Source of the DNA: Waddliaceae bacterium
GTDB taxonomy: Bacteria > Chlamydiota > Chlamydiia > Chlamydiales > SLFE01
Assembly: GCA_963783885.1 (NCBI GenBank)
Contig: CAWAPJ010000008.1
Location: 96,001-160,000, forward strand
DNA length: 64,000 nucleotides
Direction of reading: 5' to 3'
Shown here in pieces: positions 9,017-18,225 of the stretch. The notes under the pieces are model-generated. The model was not told where the DNA came from. It worked only from the letters and a program-made list of their open reading frames with translations, and searched no databases. Numbering within the stretch: the first letter of the stretch is position 1; the number at the start of each line of letters is the position of its first letter. The translations under genes were made by a program, and so were the position numbers.

Positions 9017-9796
9017 ATGAAATTGAGATTGGTATTTCTGTCTATTCTATGTTTTTTCCAAATCCATGATTTAAAATGTGTCGATATAAAACCTCGGGAG
9101 GAAGTTTACACAATTACATCGAACGATTTAGTCGCTACCATACCGAAAACCGGGACAAATTTATTGCTAAAGTGCCTGAAGCTCATTAAATTAAAACATG
9201 GAGATAGCAGCTTGACATCCTGGCGGCATGAATGGCGAAGTGATGACACAGATATTGTGTCTATAGGTCCGACTCAGTCAAAAATAGACTTCATTCAGAA
9301 AAACCACATGAATTTGGTACTTATCATTCGCGATCCAAGAGACCTAGTCACGGCAATCGCCAGATGTGAAACGAAAAAGATTACCTCAGAACTTATTGAC
9401 GACATTATTAACTTTCCCGGAAAGCATTTATCTAAAGTGGCTTGCGATTTTCCCTACTTTTTAAAGTATTCTTCCTTTTTGGAAGTCTATGAAGAATATC
9501 TCGAATGGGATCAGTATCCTTTTGCCTACATTGTCCGTTTTGAGGATCTGATTGGCGAAAAGGGCGGAGGAAGCAAAGAGAGGCAGATTCAGGAAATCTT
9601 GAATATCGCCAGTCATATCGGAAAACCTTTAAGCTTTGATGAGGCCTGTTCGGTAGCGAGTGAATTATTTGGAGGGACTCCGACTTTCAAACAGGGAAAA
9701 ATTCAGGATTGGAAGAAACATTTTTCAGAAGAAAACCTGAAAACATTTAATCGTTTGAATGGAGATCTGCTTGAGATTATCGGCTATGAAGATTAA
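9017..9796 (+). CDS. Sulfotransferase-domain protein with signal peptide
   Basis: TIPKTGT (5'-PSB loop), RDPRD (3'-PB), VRFEDL and TFKQGKIQDWK. Hydrophobic N-terminus from ATG 9017. Confidence 0.8.
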   Translation: MKLRLVFLSILCFFQIHDLKCVDIKPREEVYTITSNDLVATIPKTGTNLLLKCLKLIKLKHGDSSLTSWRHEWRSDDTDIVSIGPTQSKIDFIQKNHMNLVLIIRDPRDLVTAIARCETKKITSELIDDIINFPGKHLSKVACDFPYFLKYSSFLEVYEEYLEWDQYPFAYIVRFEDLIGEKGGGSKERQIQEILNIASHIGKPLSFDEACSVASELFGGTPTFKQGKIQDWKKHFSEENLKTFNRLNGDLLEIIGYED

Positions 9797-10244
9797 ATTA
9801 TTGCTGGCATTTTTATTTTTGCAGGGATTCATCAATCTTACTGAGGCGGTTGATGCTGCGGAGATTGAAGAGTGTCTTGTGATCACTATCCCAAAGGCAG
9901 GAACGCACCTTCTAGTTAAATATTTCCAGATTCTCCTAAGACCCTGATTGCTACCTAAACTTGTTGTCAGGTTTGAAGATATCGTCGGGGATAAGGGGAA
10001 GGGGAGCCGTTTGATGCAGCTGCAAACCTTCCAAGCTATCAATGAATATCTAAATATCTCTGTCGAGGAAGATGAATTTGTCGAGATAGTCGATTCTCTG
10101 TGGGGAAAAGATGATCCCGAACAGATACATCAGCCCACTTTTTTCAAAGGTTATATAGGAAGATGGGAGGAGGAGTTTGACGATCTCGATAAAGCCATCA
10201 TGGAAGACTTTTATGGCCGGCTCATTTCCGAACTGAGATATTAA
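9786..10244 (+). pseudogene. Second sulfotransferase paralog, disrupted by an IS end and an internal deletion
   Basis: The 5' part MKIKLL...TIPKAGTHLL and the 3' part VVRFEDIVG...TFFKGYIGRW are joined by the IS terminus at 9941, which introduces TGA. The central RDPRD region is missing. Confidence 0.85.
9941..9967 (+). mobile_element. 27-bp remnant of the IS982 left end
   Basis: ACCCTGATTGCTACCTAAACTTGTTGT is identical to 10509-10535 and is preceded by CTAAG. Confidence 0.9.
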
Positions 10245-10528
10245 GCACATTTATAGAGACTCAAGCATCCTAATTGCTGACCATAGCAACCAGATTTTGC
10301 AGAGCTTCAGGGATTGCTTTTCTTAGCTTAAGCCTAATAGTAAAAAAGAGAAGAGGAGCGAGAAGGCCTTTGACCCTTAAATTGTGTTGAATCCGAACCT
10401 GCGAATCACTGATTTTTTCAAGCTGGTGTGTGAAGACCAACTTCGTTCGGGGCATTTTTGTGATGTTGACATGAGATGTTTGGGTTAAATCAGAAATGCA
10501 CCCCTTTGACCCTGATTGCTACCTAAAC

Positions 10529-10645
10529 TTGTTGTTAAAGTCTTTCGTTGGATTCAGATGCGTAGACTCGATTTGAAGGCAAGGGTAATCCCTTGCCGAT
10601 AATCGAGGCTTAGCAGATGAATTCAATGAAAGATTTTAACGACAA
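10529..10645 (+). other. 117-nt hairpin in the IS982 left end / transposase leader (candidate structured RNA)
   Basis: 10529-10556 pairs with 10618-10645 (24 Watson-Crick, 4 G.U, no true mismatch). This is followed by tandem GA/GA, CTCGATT/AATCGAG and the cap GGCAAGGG-TAAT-CCCTTGCC. Confidence 0.7.
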
Positions 10646-10686
10646 TAGTCTCTATGATACTTCCTTAGCCAAAAAAAGGGGGCATC

Positions 10687-11523
10687 ATGGAAACTTACGC
10701 AACAACAGTTTATGTCATCAGCGAAGAAATCCTTCGAATTTTGGGGATTAAAGACGATCCTCAATCTCAAATGTCCAACGCAGAAGTGATAACTTTTGCT
10801 ATTTTATCAGCAAAATATTTTTCTTGTAACTATAAAATGTCCAGATATTTATGTAAAAGATTACGATTATTCAGAGCTATTTTAAGCAATAGCCGGCTAA
10901 ATCGCCGAATTCATAAAATTCCTTGGATTTGTTGGAACGCCATTTTCCGTTTTTTAGCTCTATTTTTTAAGCAAATAAATAAAGATCAGGGTTTTGCTAT
11001 AGACAGCTTTCCAGTTTCATGTTGTCAGAAAAATAGAATCGATAAACGGAAGGTTTTTCTAGAACGAAGGTATTTAGGTTTCGCAGCTTCTAAAAAGCGT
11101 TACTTTTGCGGCATAAAAGTTCATATGATTGTGACGAGCGAAGGCAAGCCGGTTGAAGTTCTTTTCAAGCCAGGAGCAGTAAGCGATGTAAAGGTGCTCT
11201 GGGAAATGAAACTGGACATTCCACCAGATTCTAAACTTTATGCAGATGGTGCGTATAATTGCTTTGATTTAGAAGACATCTTGAAAGAAGAACAAATTAC
11301 ATTGCTTGCAAAACGGGGATGTAAAGCAAAGAATAGAGTCCGAACACCAATTGAAGAGAGGGAAATTAGCAGCAAGCCACAGATTGTCGAGACGACATTT
11401 AGCTGCATAACAAACCTTTTCCAAAGAACTTTTAAGTTCTGCACTGAACAAGGCTTTTTGATAAAAGTATTCTGTGCAATTCTTGCCTATAGTGTTTCGT
11501 TTTTATGCTCGTGTAAGCTCTAG
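10687..11523 (+). CDS. IS982-family DDE transposase
   Basis: MSNAEVIT, SRLNRR, AIDSFPV, YFCGIKVHM, LYADGAY and IVETTFS motifs. Confidence 0.9.
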   Translation: METYATTVYVISEEILRILGIKDDPQSQMSNAEVITFAILSAKYFSCNYKMSRYLCKRLRLFRAILSNSRLNRRIHKIPWICWNAIFRFLALFFKQINKDQGFAIDSFPVSCCQKNRIDKRKVFLERRYLGFAASKKRYFCGIKVHMIVTSEGKPVEVLFKPGAVSDVKVLWEMKLDIPPDSKLYADGAYNCFDLEDILKEEQITLLAKRGCKAKNRVRTPIEEREISSKPQIVETTFSCITNLFQRTFKFCTEQGFLIKVFCAILAYSVSFLCSCKL

Positions 11524-11791
11524 CTAAGGTTTAGGTAGCAATCAGGGTCTTTGGTTTCAGACAGCCAGTCGTTCCTTTTGCAAAATCTCCATTGAGATGA
11601 CTCCACTCAAGGTCTTTATCCCACTTATGCCAGTTTGGGACATCTTTCCAAATATTCCAAACCTCATCGGGTGTGGCATTTGCTGTCATTTCAACATTGA
11701 TTTCCCAATTAAACATAATGAATCTCTTTTGATAAATGATTTTATCCATCTAGGAAGTGTTTGTCTAAAGAAATAACTGTATAAAAAATAT

Positions 11792-12412
11792 TTATCTAAA
11801 TGAATAAATGATAAAGAAGGCGCCGAAAGCGATAATGGCGCCGCCGACAAACTTGCGGATGAGGTTTAAGTAGCGGAATTTGATGCGGGTTCTTAAGAGA
11901 GAGGCTGTGAGAGAAAGCAAGGTCCACCAGACCATGGATCCCCCAAAGACACCGGCGACCAAAATGGACGTTTCGGTATGAGTCCTTCCCCCTTCAGTAG
12001 CTGCAAGACAGGCGAACAGCGTTCCGAATAAAATGATGGTCAGGGGATTCGATATGGTAAAGAAGAATGTCGAGAGGAAGGCCTGTAGTTCGGTCGTGTA
12101 GGCTGCCCCGGAAAAATGTTCGATCGGCGGGGCTGTGAAAATGCGCCATCCTATGTAGCACAAAAAACTTCCTCCGAAAATACCGAAAATAAGATAATGT
12201 TCGAGGAGCCATACTGAGATGGACGTGAGGCCCCAGCCCGCCAGCGCCGAGTAAAATGTATCGGCGATAGCGGCCCCGAGGCCGGCGAGAAGCGCGACGC
12301 GAAATCCTTGGGAAAAGCCGTAATTAAGGCATAATATACCTATGGGCCCCAGAGGGGCCGAAACTGCCAGACCAATCACGATACCGTTGAGCGCTTCGTA
12401 CATAATTCCCAT
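11792..12412 (-). CDS. LysE family translocator
   Basis: APLGPIGILC, GLGAAIAD and TISNP motifs; multi-TM, 206 aa. Confidence 0.85.
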   Translation of the reverse strand: MGIMYEALNGIVIGLAVSAPLGPIGILCLNYGFSQGFRVALLAGLGAAIADTFYSALAGWGLTSISVWLLEHYLIFGIFGGSFLCYIGWRIFTAPPIEHFSGAAYTTELQAFLSTFFFTISNPLTIILFGTLFACLAATEGGRTHTETSILVAGVFGGSMVWWTLLSLTASLLRTRIKFRYLNLIRKFVGGAIIAFGAFFIIYSFR

Positions 12413-12514
12413 AATGTTAAGATACTGCGAAGGGAATTACAAGGGAATTCCTATCTTTGATCTTGACAGTTAGAAACTTGTTACTTACTCTTATTGTAAA
12501 TTGAAGGGATTTTC

Positions 12515-13492
12515 ATGATAAGACGAACTTTTTTTCTTGCCATTTTCCTCTTGGGGCTGTCGTTTCAGCAAGTTTATGGAGGATACACGATACATAATTG
12601 GAACATAGTCGATGTCGATAATTTGGCCACCCTGACTCCAGAGAAGCATTACCAGTATGGATGCGAGGCCTACCACTTTCAGGACTGGAAAGAGGCGGCC
12701 CGCCACTTTCAGATTGTCTCTCACAATTTTTCCCATACTCAGATGGGCATCGAATCAAAATTTTATTTAGGGATATCTCATTTTTATTTTGGCGAGTATG
12801 AATTCGCGAATGAGGCATTCTCAGACTATTTGCGATGCACCAATAATCCCGAGCATCTCGAAGACGCAATTGAATACAAATATCTGATAGCGCAAGCGTT
12901 CCGCGCCGGGGCAAAACGGCATATCATGGGGTCCAAACACCTGCCCGCCTGGCTGGACGCCACGGAGCAGGCCATCGAAACTTATGATGAAATCATCACC
13001 GCTTTTCCCTGCCACCGCCTTGCTGTGGAAGCTTTGTATGATAAAGCCTGCCTCCTCTGGCAGATTGAAGACTACCGGGGAGGGGTTGAGTCGTTTACGA
13101 CATTGATCAGGCGGTTTCCAAAGCACGAGAAGGCTCCTGAAAGTTATTTGATGATCTGCCGCCTCTATTTGGCACAGGCTTCAAAGGAATTTCAAAATCC
13201 CGATATTTTGGCTTTGGCAGAACTTAACGTGAAAAAATTCGAAAATGATTTTCCGACAGATGAACGTCTGGAAGAAGCCAGGGGGTATGTGCAAAAGGTG
13301 AAGGAAACTTTTGCTCAGGGACTTTATGATACGGGAAGGTTTTTTCAGAGGTGCCGTCAGCCGGAGGCATCTATTCTCTACTACCAAAGCGCCATTGATC
13401 AGTTTCCCGAAACACATGTTGCGGATCATTGCCGCATGAGGATGGACCGCCTTGGCGTTAAAGTCGCCGCTGAAGATGAAATCGATTATTAG
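12515..13492 (+). CDS. bamD: BamD-like TPR outer-membrane assembly protein
   Basis: Signal peptide, TPR repeats, GRFFQR...ASILYY; position before lptE-rsbW. Confidence 0.7.
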   Translation: MIRRTFFLAIFLLGLSFQQVYGGYTIHNWNIVDVDNLATLTPEKHYQYGCEAYHFQDWKEAARHFQIVSHNFSHTQMGIESKFYLGISHFYFGEYEFANEAFSDYLRCTNNPEHLEDAIEYKYLIAQAFRAGAKRHIMGSKHLPAWLDATEQAIETYDEIITAFPCHRLAVEALYDKACLLWQIEDYRGGVESFTTLIRRFPKHEKAPESYLMICRLYLAQASKEFQNPDILALAELNVKKFENDFPTDERLEEARGYVQKVKETFAQGLYDTGRFFQRCRQPEASILYYQSAIDQFPETHVADHCRMRMDRLGVKVAAEDEIDY

Positions 13493-14039
13493 AAGGTTGT
13501 TAGCGATTGCCCTGATTTTCACCCTTCCCGGCTGCGGATACCGGATGGGGTATGGGGAGATTCCTGCTTCTTATCACAGTATAGCCGTCCCCTTTGCCGA
13601 AAATGACGCTACGGGGGCCTTCACTGCTGAATTGGTTCATGTCCTTTCAACTTCAGGGGCTTTTGTTTATGATCCCTGCCGTCCGGATCTCATTCTCAAG
13701 GTAAAGATACTGGAATATTATGATGAAAATATCGGCTTTCGGTATGATCGCAATAAACAGGGGAATATAGAAAAGACCTTGGTCCCTTCAGAGACTAGGC
13801 GGTTTGTCAAAGTGGAAGTGGCTCTCTTCGACACCAGCAGCCGTTGTTTGGTTTTAGGACCCGATATTTTGCGGGCTAATGTGGAATTCGATCATGAATT
13901 TAACTCCAGCCGGGATGCTGTAAACGTTTTCTCGTTGGGCCAGGTGACTGATGTTGATGGGGCTATCGATGCGGCTTCCAAACCGTTGAATGCCGCGATG
14001 GCGAAAAAGATAGTCGATTACATCGTTAACGCTTGGTGA
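13476..14039 (+). CDS. lptE: LptE-like lipoprotein
   Basis: Lipobox LPGC-GY, SIAVP and C-terminal AKKIV; ATG 13476. Confidence 0.6.
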   Translation: MKSIIRRLLAIALIFTLPGCGYRMGYGEIPASYHSIAVPFAENDATGAFTAELVHVLSTSGAFVYDPCRPDLILKVKILEYYDENIGFRYDRNKQGNIEKTLVPSETRRFVKVEVALFDTSSRCLVLGPDILRANVEFDHEFNSSRDAVNVFSLGQVTDVDGAIDAASKPLNAAMAKKIVDYIVNAW

Positions 14040-14485
14040 GGAAATCGGTGCCTATTCGTCAAAATGTAATCAAATCCTTTGAGGCTAAGTTGGATAGCCT
14101 ATATTCTATGCTGAACCTCATCAAATCCTACGCCGAAGCGATGGGCTTTGAAGATAAGGATCTGTCCCGGATAGAGCTTGCTTCCGAGGAAGCTTTAGTC
14201 AATATTATCGAATATGCTTATTCTGAAAAAGAAAACGGAGTCGTTGAGATTTCCCTAGCCGGCGCTAGTGCCGGGGAACTTCAGATAAAAATAATCGATG
14301 AGGGGATTCCCTTCAATCCACTGTCAAATTCCAAAAAATTTAAAATCAAATCATTCGAAACCAACCCAACTATCGGGGGCTATGGGACTTATTTTATTAT
14401 CGAGCTGATGGATAGGGTTGAATACGAAAGGCAGGGAAACGCCAACATCTTGACTTTGATCAAGCAGCTTCCTGGTAGGACCTGA
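14036..14485 (+). CDS. rsbW: Anti-sigma factor Ser/Thr kinase
   Basis: ELASEEALVNIIEYAY, DEGIPFNP and GGYG (HATPase_c). Confidence 0.85.
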   Translation: MRKSVPIRQNVIKSFEAKLDSLYSMLNLIKSYAEAMGFEDKDLSRIELASEEALVNIIEYAYSEKENGVVEISLAGASAGELQIKIIDEGIPFNPLSNSKKFKIKSFETNPTIGGYGTYFIIELMDRVEYERQGNANILTLIKQLPGRT

Positions 14486-14900
14486 TAAGCTGCTCAGTCT
14501 CATGAATTTCGTCGAGTATTTTTTCCAGCACCCTTAGAACAAGCCAGGAAGTGTTATAGACGCCGGATGTCACAAAGGCCATCTCCAGGGTAGGCAGCGG
14601 TTTTTTATTGAGGGCGATGAGAACGCTTGTCCTTTGATCTTTTTCATCCTGATTCGGGACAATCCATACAATGAATTCATCGTTGATAAGAGTGATTTTT
14701 TCTTGGGTTTCAACGACATGAAAATAACGTGTAATGACCTCATCTTCGATAGATCTGACATCGGAAAAATGAAGTAAATCCATGTCCTTTAATATCTTAA
14801 GATTTATATCTAAAATTCCTTCATGCAGCAAATGAGGCAATTTTCTTATAAATCTCTTGTAACACTCTTCTATGACGGATAAATTATGCATATTTGTCAC
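14460..14900 (-). CDS. Conserved chlamydial hypothetical protein
   Basis: 146-aa ORF convergent with rsbW; FHVVETQEKITLIN and GVYNTSWLVLRVLEK. Confidence 0.65.
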   Translation of the reverse strand: MTNMHNLSVIEECYKRFIRKLPHLLHEGILDINLKILKDMDLLHFSDVRSIEDEVITRYFHVVETQEKITLINDEFIVWIVPNQDEKDQRTSVLIALNKKPLPTLEMAFVTSGVYNTSWLVLRVLEKILDEIHETEQLIRSYQEAA

Positions 14901-15024
14901 CTAAAAGCTCATTCTCAAATCTTTCTAATTATATTTTACACTATAAGCAAATAATATGCCACTCGATGGATTTGCCTTAATTATCTCAAATAGGCTATGA
15001 TAGGTGTTTTCTTAAGGCGAGAAT

Positions 15025-16125
15025 ATGGTGATTAGACGTTTTTTTTACTTTTCCTTGATTTTAAGCGCATTTTGGCAGTGCGCGCTATCCGGTCAGCAGG
15101 CTCCGCTGATCTTTGAAAAAGAGAAGCCAAAGCCCCAAATTCGCATTCATAACAGGGTGCTTGCGAAAGTGAATCAAAAGCCGATCACAGTCCTAGACCT
15201 CATGAAAAAGATGGATATGGTCTTCTATCAGCAATATCCGCAATATACCTCAATCCCGGAGCTTCGTTATCAGTTTTATATGGTCAGCTGGAAGCAGGTT
15301 TTGGAAGAGCTGGTGGATAAAGAGCTGATAATGGCAGACGCAGGCGAGGTGCATATGGAGGTCAGCGGCGCCGACATCCGGCAGGAAATGGAAGAGCTTT
15401 TCGGGCCGAATATCATTTTAAACCTGGATAAAGCCGGCTTGACCATGACCGAAGCGATGAAGATTGTCGAAGAAGAGATTACTTTGCGGCGCATGATGTA
15501 TGTGAGGGTGCAGTCGAAAGCGATCAAGGATGTTACGCCTCAGGAGATACGGCGTGCCTACGACCGCTACATTCAAGAGTATGAACCTTCCGACCAATGG
15601 CTGTACCGCATTATCACAATTCGCGATCCCGATCCCAAGAAGCTAACCAAGATTGCAGACAAAATCAGCGAAAAAATAAACGTAGAATCTGTCAGCATTG
15701 ATGATGTCTCTTTATGGGTAAAAGGCATCGAAGGGGTGAATTTGTTCACTTCGGTAAAAGTCTCTGACCTCTACGAGCAAAACGACAAAGACCTTTCTCC
15801 CAAATACCGGCAGCTTTTGAGCGGGCTTGCTCCCGGCCGGTATAGCCTCCCGCAGAAACAGGTCAAGGAGAATGCCGAAATTTACAAAATTTACTTCCTT
15901 GAAAATTATGTCGCCGACAATCCTCCCGAGTTTTATGATATGGCGTCGAAGTTGAAAAAAGAACTAATGATGAAAATTGCGGATGCGGAAACCGCCGAAT
16001 ATAAAAAGCGCCTCAGAAAACAATTTCCCGTATCCTTGATAGACAATTTAATCTCCAATAATTTTGAACCGTTCACACTTGAGGCCAATGGGAAGAAAAT
16101 TGAAATTCCTCTCCCTAACAGCTAA
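15025..16125 (+). CDS. SurA N-terminal-domain chaperone-like protein
   Basis: Signal peptide, NRVLAKVNQKPITVLD and VLEELVDKELI; upstream of rsmA. Confidence 0.6.
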   Translation: MVIRRFFYFSLILSAFWQCALSGQQAPLIFEKEKPKPQIRIHNRVLAKVNQKPITVLDLMKKMDMVFYQQYPQYTSIPELRYQFYMVSWKQVLEELVDKELIMADAGEVHMEVSGADIRQEMEELFGPNIILNLDKAGLTMTEAMKIVEEEITLRRMMYVRVQSKAIKDVTPQEIRRAYDRYIQEYEPSDQWLYRIITIRDPDPKKLTKIADKISEKINVESVSIDDVSLWVKGIEGVNLFTSVKVSDLYEQNDKDLSPKYRQLLSGLAPGRYSLPQKQVKENAEIYKIYFLENYVADNPPEFYDMASKLKKELMMKIADAETAEYKKRLRKQFPVSLIDNLISNNFEPFTLEANGKKIEIPLPNS

Positions 16126-16997
16126 TGTATAGGCCGTCCGATCTTCACAGACTTCTTAAGGAATGGGGCGCACAGCCGAAAAAAAGCCTTTCTCAAAATT
16201 TTCTCATCGACGGCAATATTATCCGCAAGATTGCGGATGCGGCAAATGTGCAGCCGGGAGATTTTGTTCTGGAAATCGGTCCGGGCCCGGGTGCGTTGAC
16301 GCAGGATCTTTTGCAAAGAGGAGCCCGCGTGATCGCTGTTGAAAAGGATCGGGTGCTTGCAAACAGATTGACAAGGCTGCAAGGGGAACTGACAGTTTAC
16401 AATGATGATATCCTCGAGTTTGATTTTGCCCAAAAACTCGATCCCTTTTTAAAAGGCCAAAAGGCCAAGGTCATCGCCAACCTGCCGTATCACATCACCG
16501 CTCCTATTCTTACAAAGTTTGCATGCATGCATGATCGAATCGATTCAATGGTGTTTATGGTGCAGCATGAAGTGGCCAGGAGAATGACAGCAAATCCGGG
16601 AAGCAAGGATTACGGATCTTTAACGCTGTTTTTGAATTATCACTGTCTGGCCGAGTACGTTTTCAAAGTGAAGCGCACCTGTTTTTACCCGGTACCGAAA
16701 GTCGATTCCGCCGTTGTGCGTCTGCAACTGAGGGACCCCCCTTCTGTTTCAGATCCCGAAAGTTTTCTCAATATTGTTCGCCAAGCATTTGAAAAGAGGC
16801 GGAAAATGCTTCGCAATTCTTTAAGCGGCGAATATGCCCCGGAGGCTGTTGTTCGGGCTTTGGAGCAAAGCGGACTGAATCCCAAGGCTCGCCCCGAAGA
16901 ACTTTCTCTCGATCAGTTCATCCGATTTTATGAACAATTACGGGCCTCTATTCACCCACCACATGCGGAAAATAATGAGGAAGGCTATGGCGATTGA
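16125..16997 (+). CDS. rsmA: 16S rRNA adenine dimethyltransferase
   Basis: KKSLSQNFL, LEIGPGPG, ANLPY and PVPKVDS. Confidence 0.95.
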   Translation: MYRPSDLHRLLKEWGAQPKKSLSQNFLIDGNIIRKIADAANVQPGDFVLEIGPGPGALTQDLLQRGARVIAVEKDRVLANRLTRLQGELTVYNDDILEFDFAQKLDPFLKGQKAKVIANLPYHITAPILTKFACMHDRIDSMVFMVQHEVARRMTANPGSKDYGSLTLFLNYHCLAEYVFKVKRTCFYPVPKVDSAVVRLQLRDPPSVSDPESFLNIVRQAFEKRRKMLRNSLSGEYAPEAVVRALEQSGLNPKARPEELSLDQFIRFYEQLRASIHPPHAENNEEGYGD

Positions 16998-18215
16998 GAC
17001 AAAGCCATACTCTGCGATGGAGGACCTTCCCTTGAAGAATCTTCGGGCACTTTCGGCAAAAGAATGCCCGATGTTTTTTTGAGCCAAAAGAGGAACTCGT
17101 TTCAGGATTTTTCTTTGGCTGTCAGCGAAGACGATCTCTCCTACTTTCTGATCTTTGGCGACGGGCAGCGCCAGGTTTTTCACCCATACGAGCCAGGCCT
17201 TGACATCGGGGTCTTCTCCTTTGTGGTATTCGAGCCGATAGTTCTCCCGGGAATGAGTATGAATGGGACCCGAAGCTCCCTTCAATTTTAACGTATACCT
17301 CTGTGGTCCCGATTCCAGGAGTGTTTTTGCAAGCTTGGGCTGTTTGAAAGCTTCTTCAAACAGGGCTACGGCGTCTTCAAAATTGTGGCGCCTTTCTTTA
17401 GCGTGCATGAGAACAGCGATCAAAGTGCGGTCTTTATATTCGGCTGCTGCAACAAGGGTTTCTTTGGCGTGGGAGCCATGCCCGGTTTTAATGCCAATGG
17501 CCTTGTCATAATAGTAATTCGACGAGGGTCTTATCAGTTTATTCGTCTGCACGAGGGTCACAGGGTTTTGTTTGTTTGTTTTCGGGCGGCGGTATTTTTC
17601 CGTTGAAACGATTTTCCGAAAAACAGGGTTTTCCATGGCCTTTTTGGCAATCAGGGCCATGTCATAAGCCGTGGTGATGTGATCGGGATGGTGATGGCCA
17701 TGAGCGCAGACGAAATGAGTGTCTTTGGCCCCAAGGTTGCCCAGATAATTGTTCATCTCACCGATGAAACGGTCGACCGAACCGTCACCGGCATACTGGG
17801 AGATCACATTGGCAGCATCGTTTCCCGAAGCAATCATCATGCCGTAGAGGAGAGCTTCGAATGGCAGGGATTCACCCGACTTAATGCCGATATGAGAGCC
17901 GCCGACTTCGATCCAATGGGGATTGATCTTGAAGTTGGCCCTTTCCCTTTGTTTTTCTGTGACCGAAGCGACGGCCTCTCTTTTCGCTTCGATCATTTCA
18001 TCCAGATGATCCCCTTTTTTTTCTAGGGCATAGAGGGCGGTGGCGATTTTTGTGATGCTGGCGGGGTAATGGGGATCATGGGAATTTTTATCAAAAAGAA
18101 TCGCACCAGTTTCGGCATTGATGAGAATAGCGGAATCGGCCCTCACATCGATATCGAGCTGTCCATGCAATGCGGAGAGCAAGAAGCATAATGAAATTAT
18201 GAGATAGCGAAACAT
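16938..18215 (-). CDS. D-alanyl-D-alanine carboxypeptidase (peptidase S11)
   Basis: PASITK (SxxK), SGNDA (SxN) and KTG; C-terminal TM anchor. Confidence 0.9.
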   Translation of the reverse strand: MFRYLIISLCFLLSALHGQLDIDVRADSAILINAETGAILFDKNSHDPHYPASITKIATALYALEKKGDHLDEMIEAKREAVASVTEKQRERANFKINPHWIEVGGSHIGIKSGESLPFEALLYGMMIASGNDAANVISQYAGDGSVDRFIGEMNNYLGNLGAKDTHFVCAHGHHHPDHITTAYDMALIAKKAMENPVFRKIVSTEKYRRPKTNKQNPVTLVQTNKLIRPSSNYYYDKAIGIKTGHGSHAKETLVAAAEYKDRTLIAVLMHAKERRHNFEDAVALFEEAFKQPKLAKTLLESGPQRYTLKLKGASGPIHTHSRENYRLEYHKGEDPDVKAWLVWVKNLALPVAKDQKVGEIVFADSQRKILKRVPLLAQKNIGHSFAESARRFFKGRSSIAEYGFVSIAIAFLIIFRMWWVNRGP

Positions 18216-18225
18216 ATTTGAGATA

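Larger units (their letters stand above)
10509..11548 (+). mobile_element. IS982-family insertion sequence, 1040 bp
   Basis: 20-bp perfect TIR ACCCTGATTGCTACCTAAAC (an ACCC start is typical of IS982). Target duplication CTTTG at 10504-10508 and 11549-11553. Single DDE transposase. Confidence 0.93.
10270..11716 (-). pseudogene. SRPBCC/polyketide-cyclase family gene interrupted by the IS982 element
   Basis: MFNWEINVEMTANATPDEVWNIWKDVPNWHKWD...LKPK (11716-11549) continues in frame as GCISDLTQ...MPRTKLVFTHQ...VSN (10503-10270) once the IS and one CTTTG copy are removed. Confidence 0.85.

Noticed and set aside
2676..11548. ACCCTGATTGCTACCTAAAC repeats as a CRISPR array
   Set aside because: The copies are dispersed and inverted, are explained as IS ends, and have no regular spacers or cas genes.
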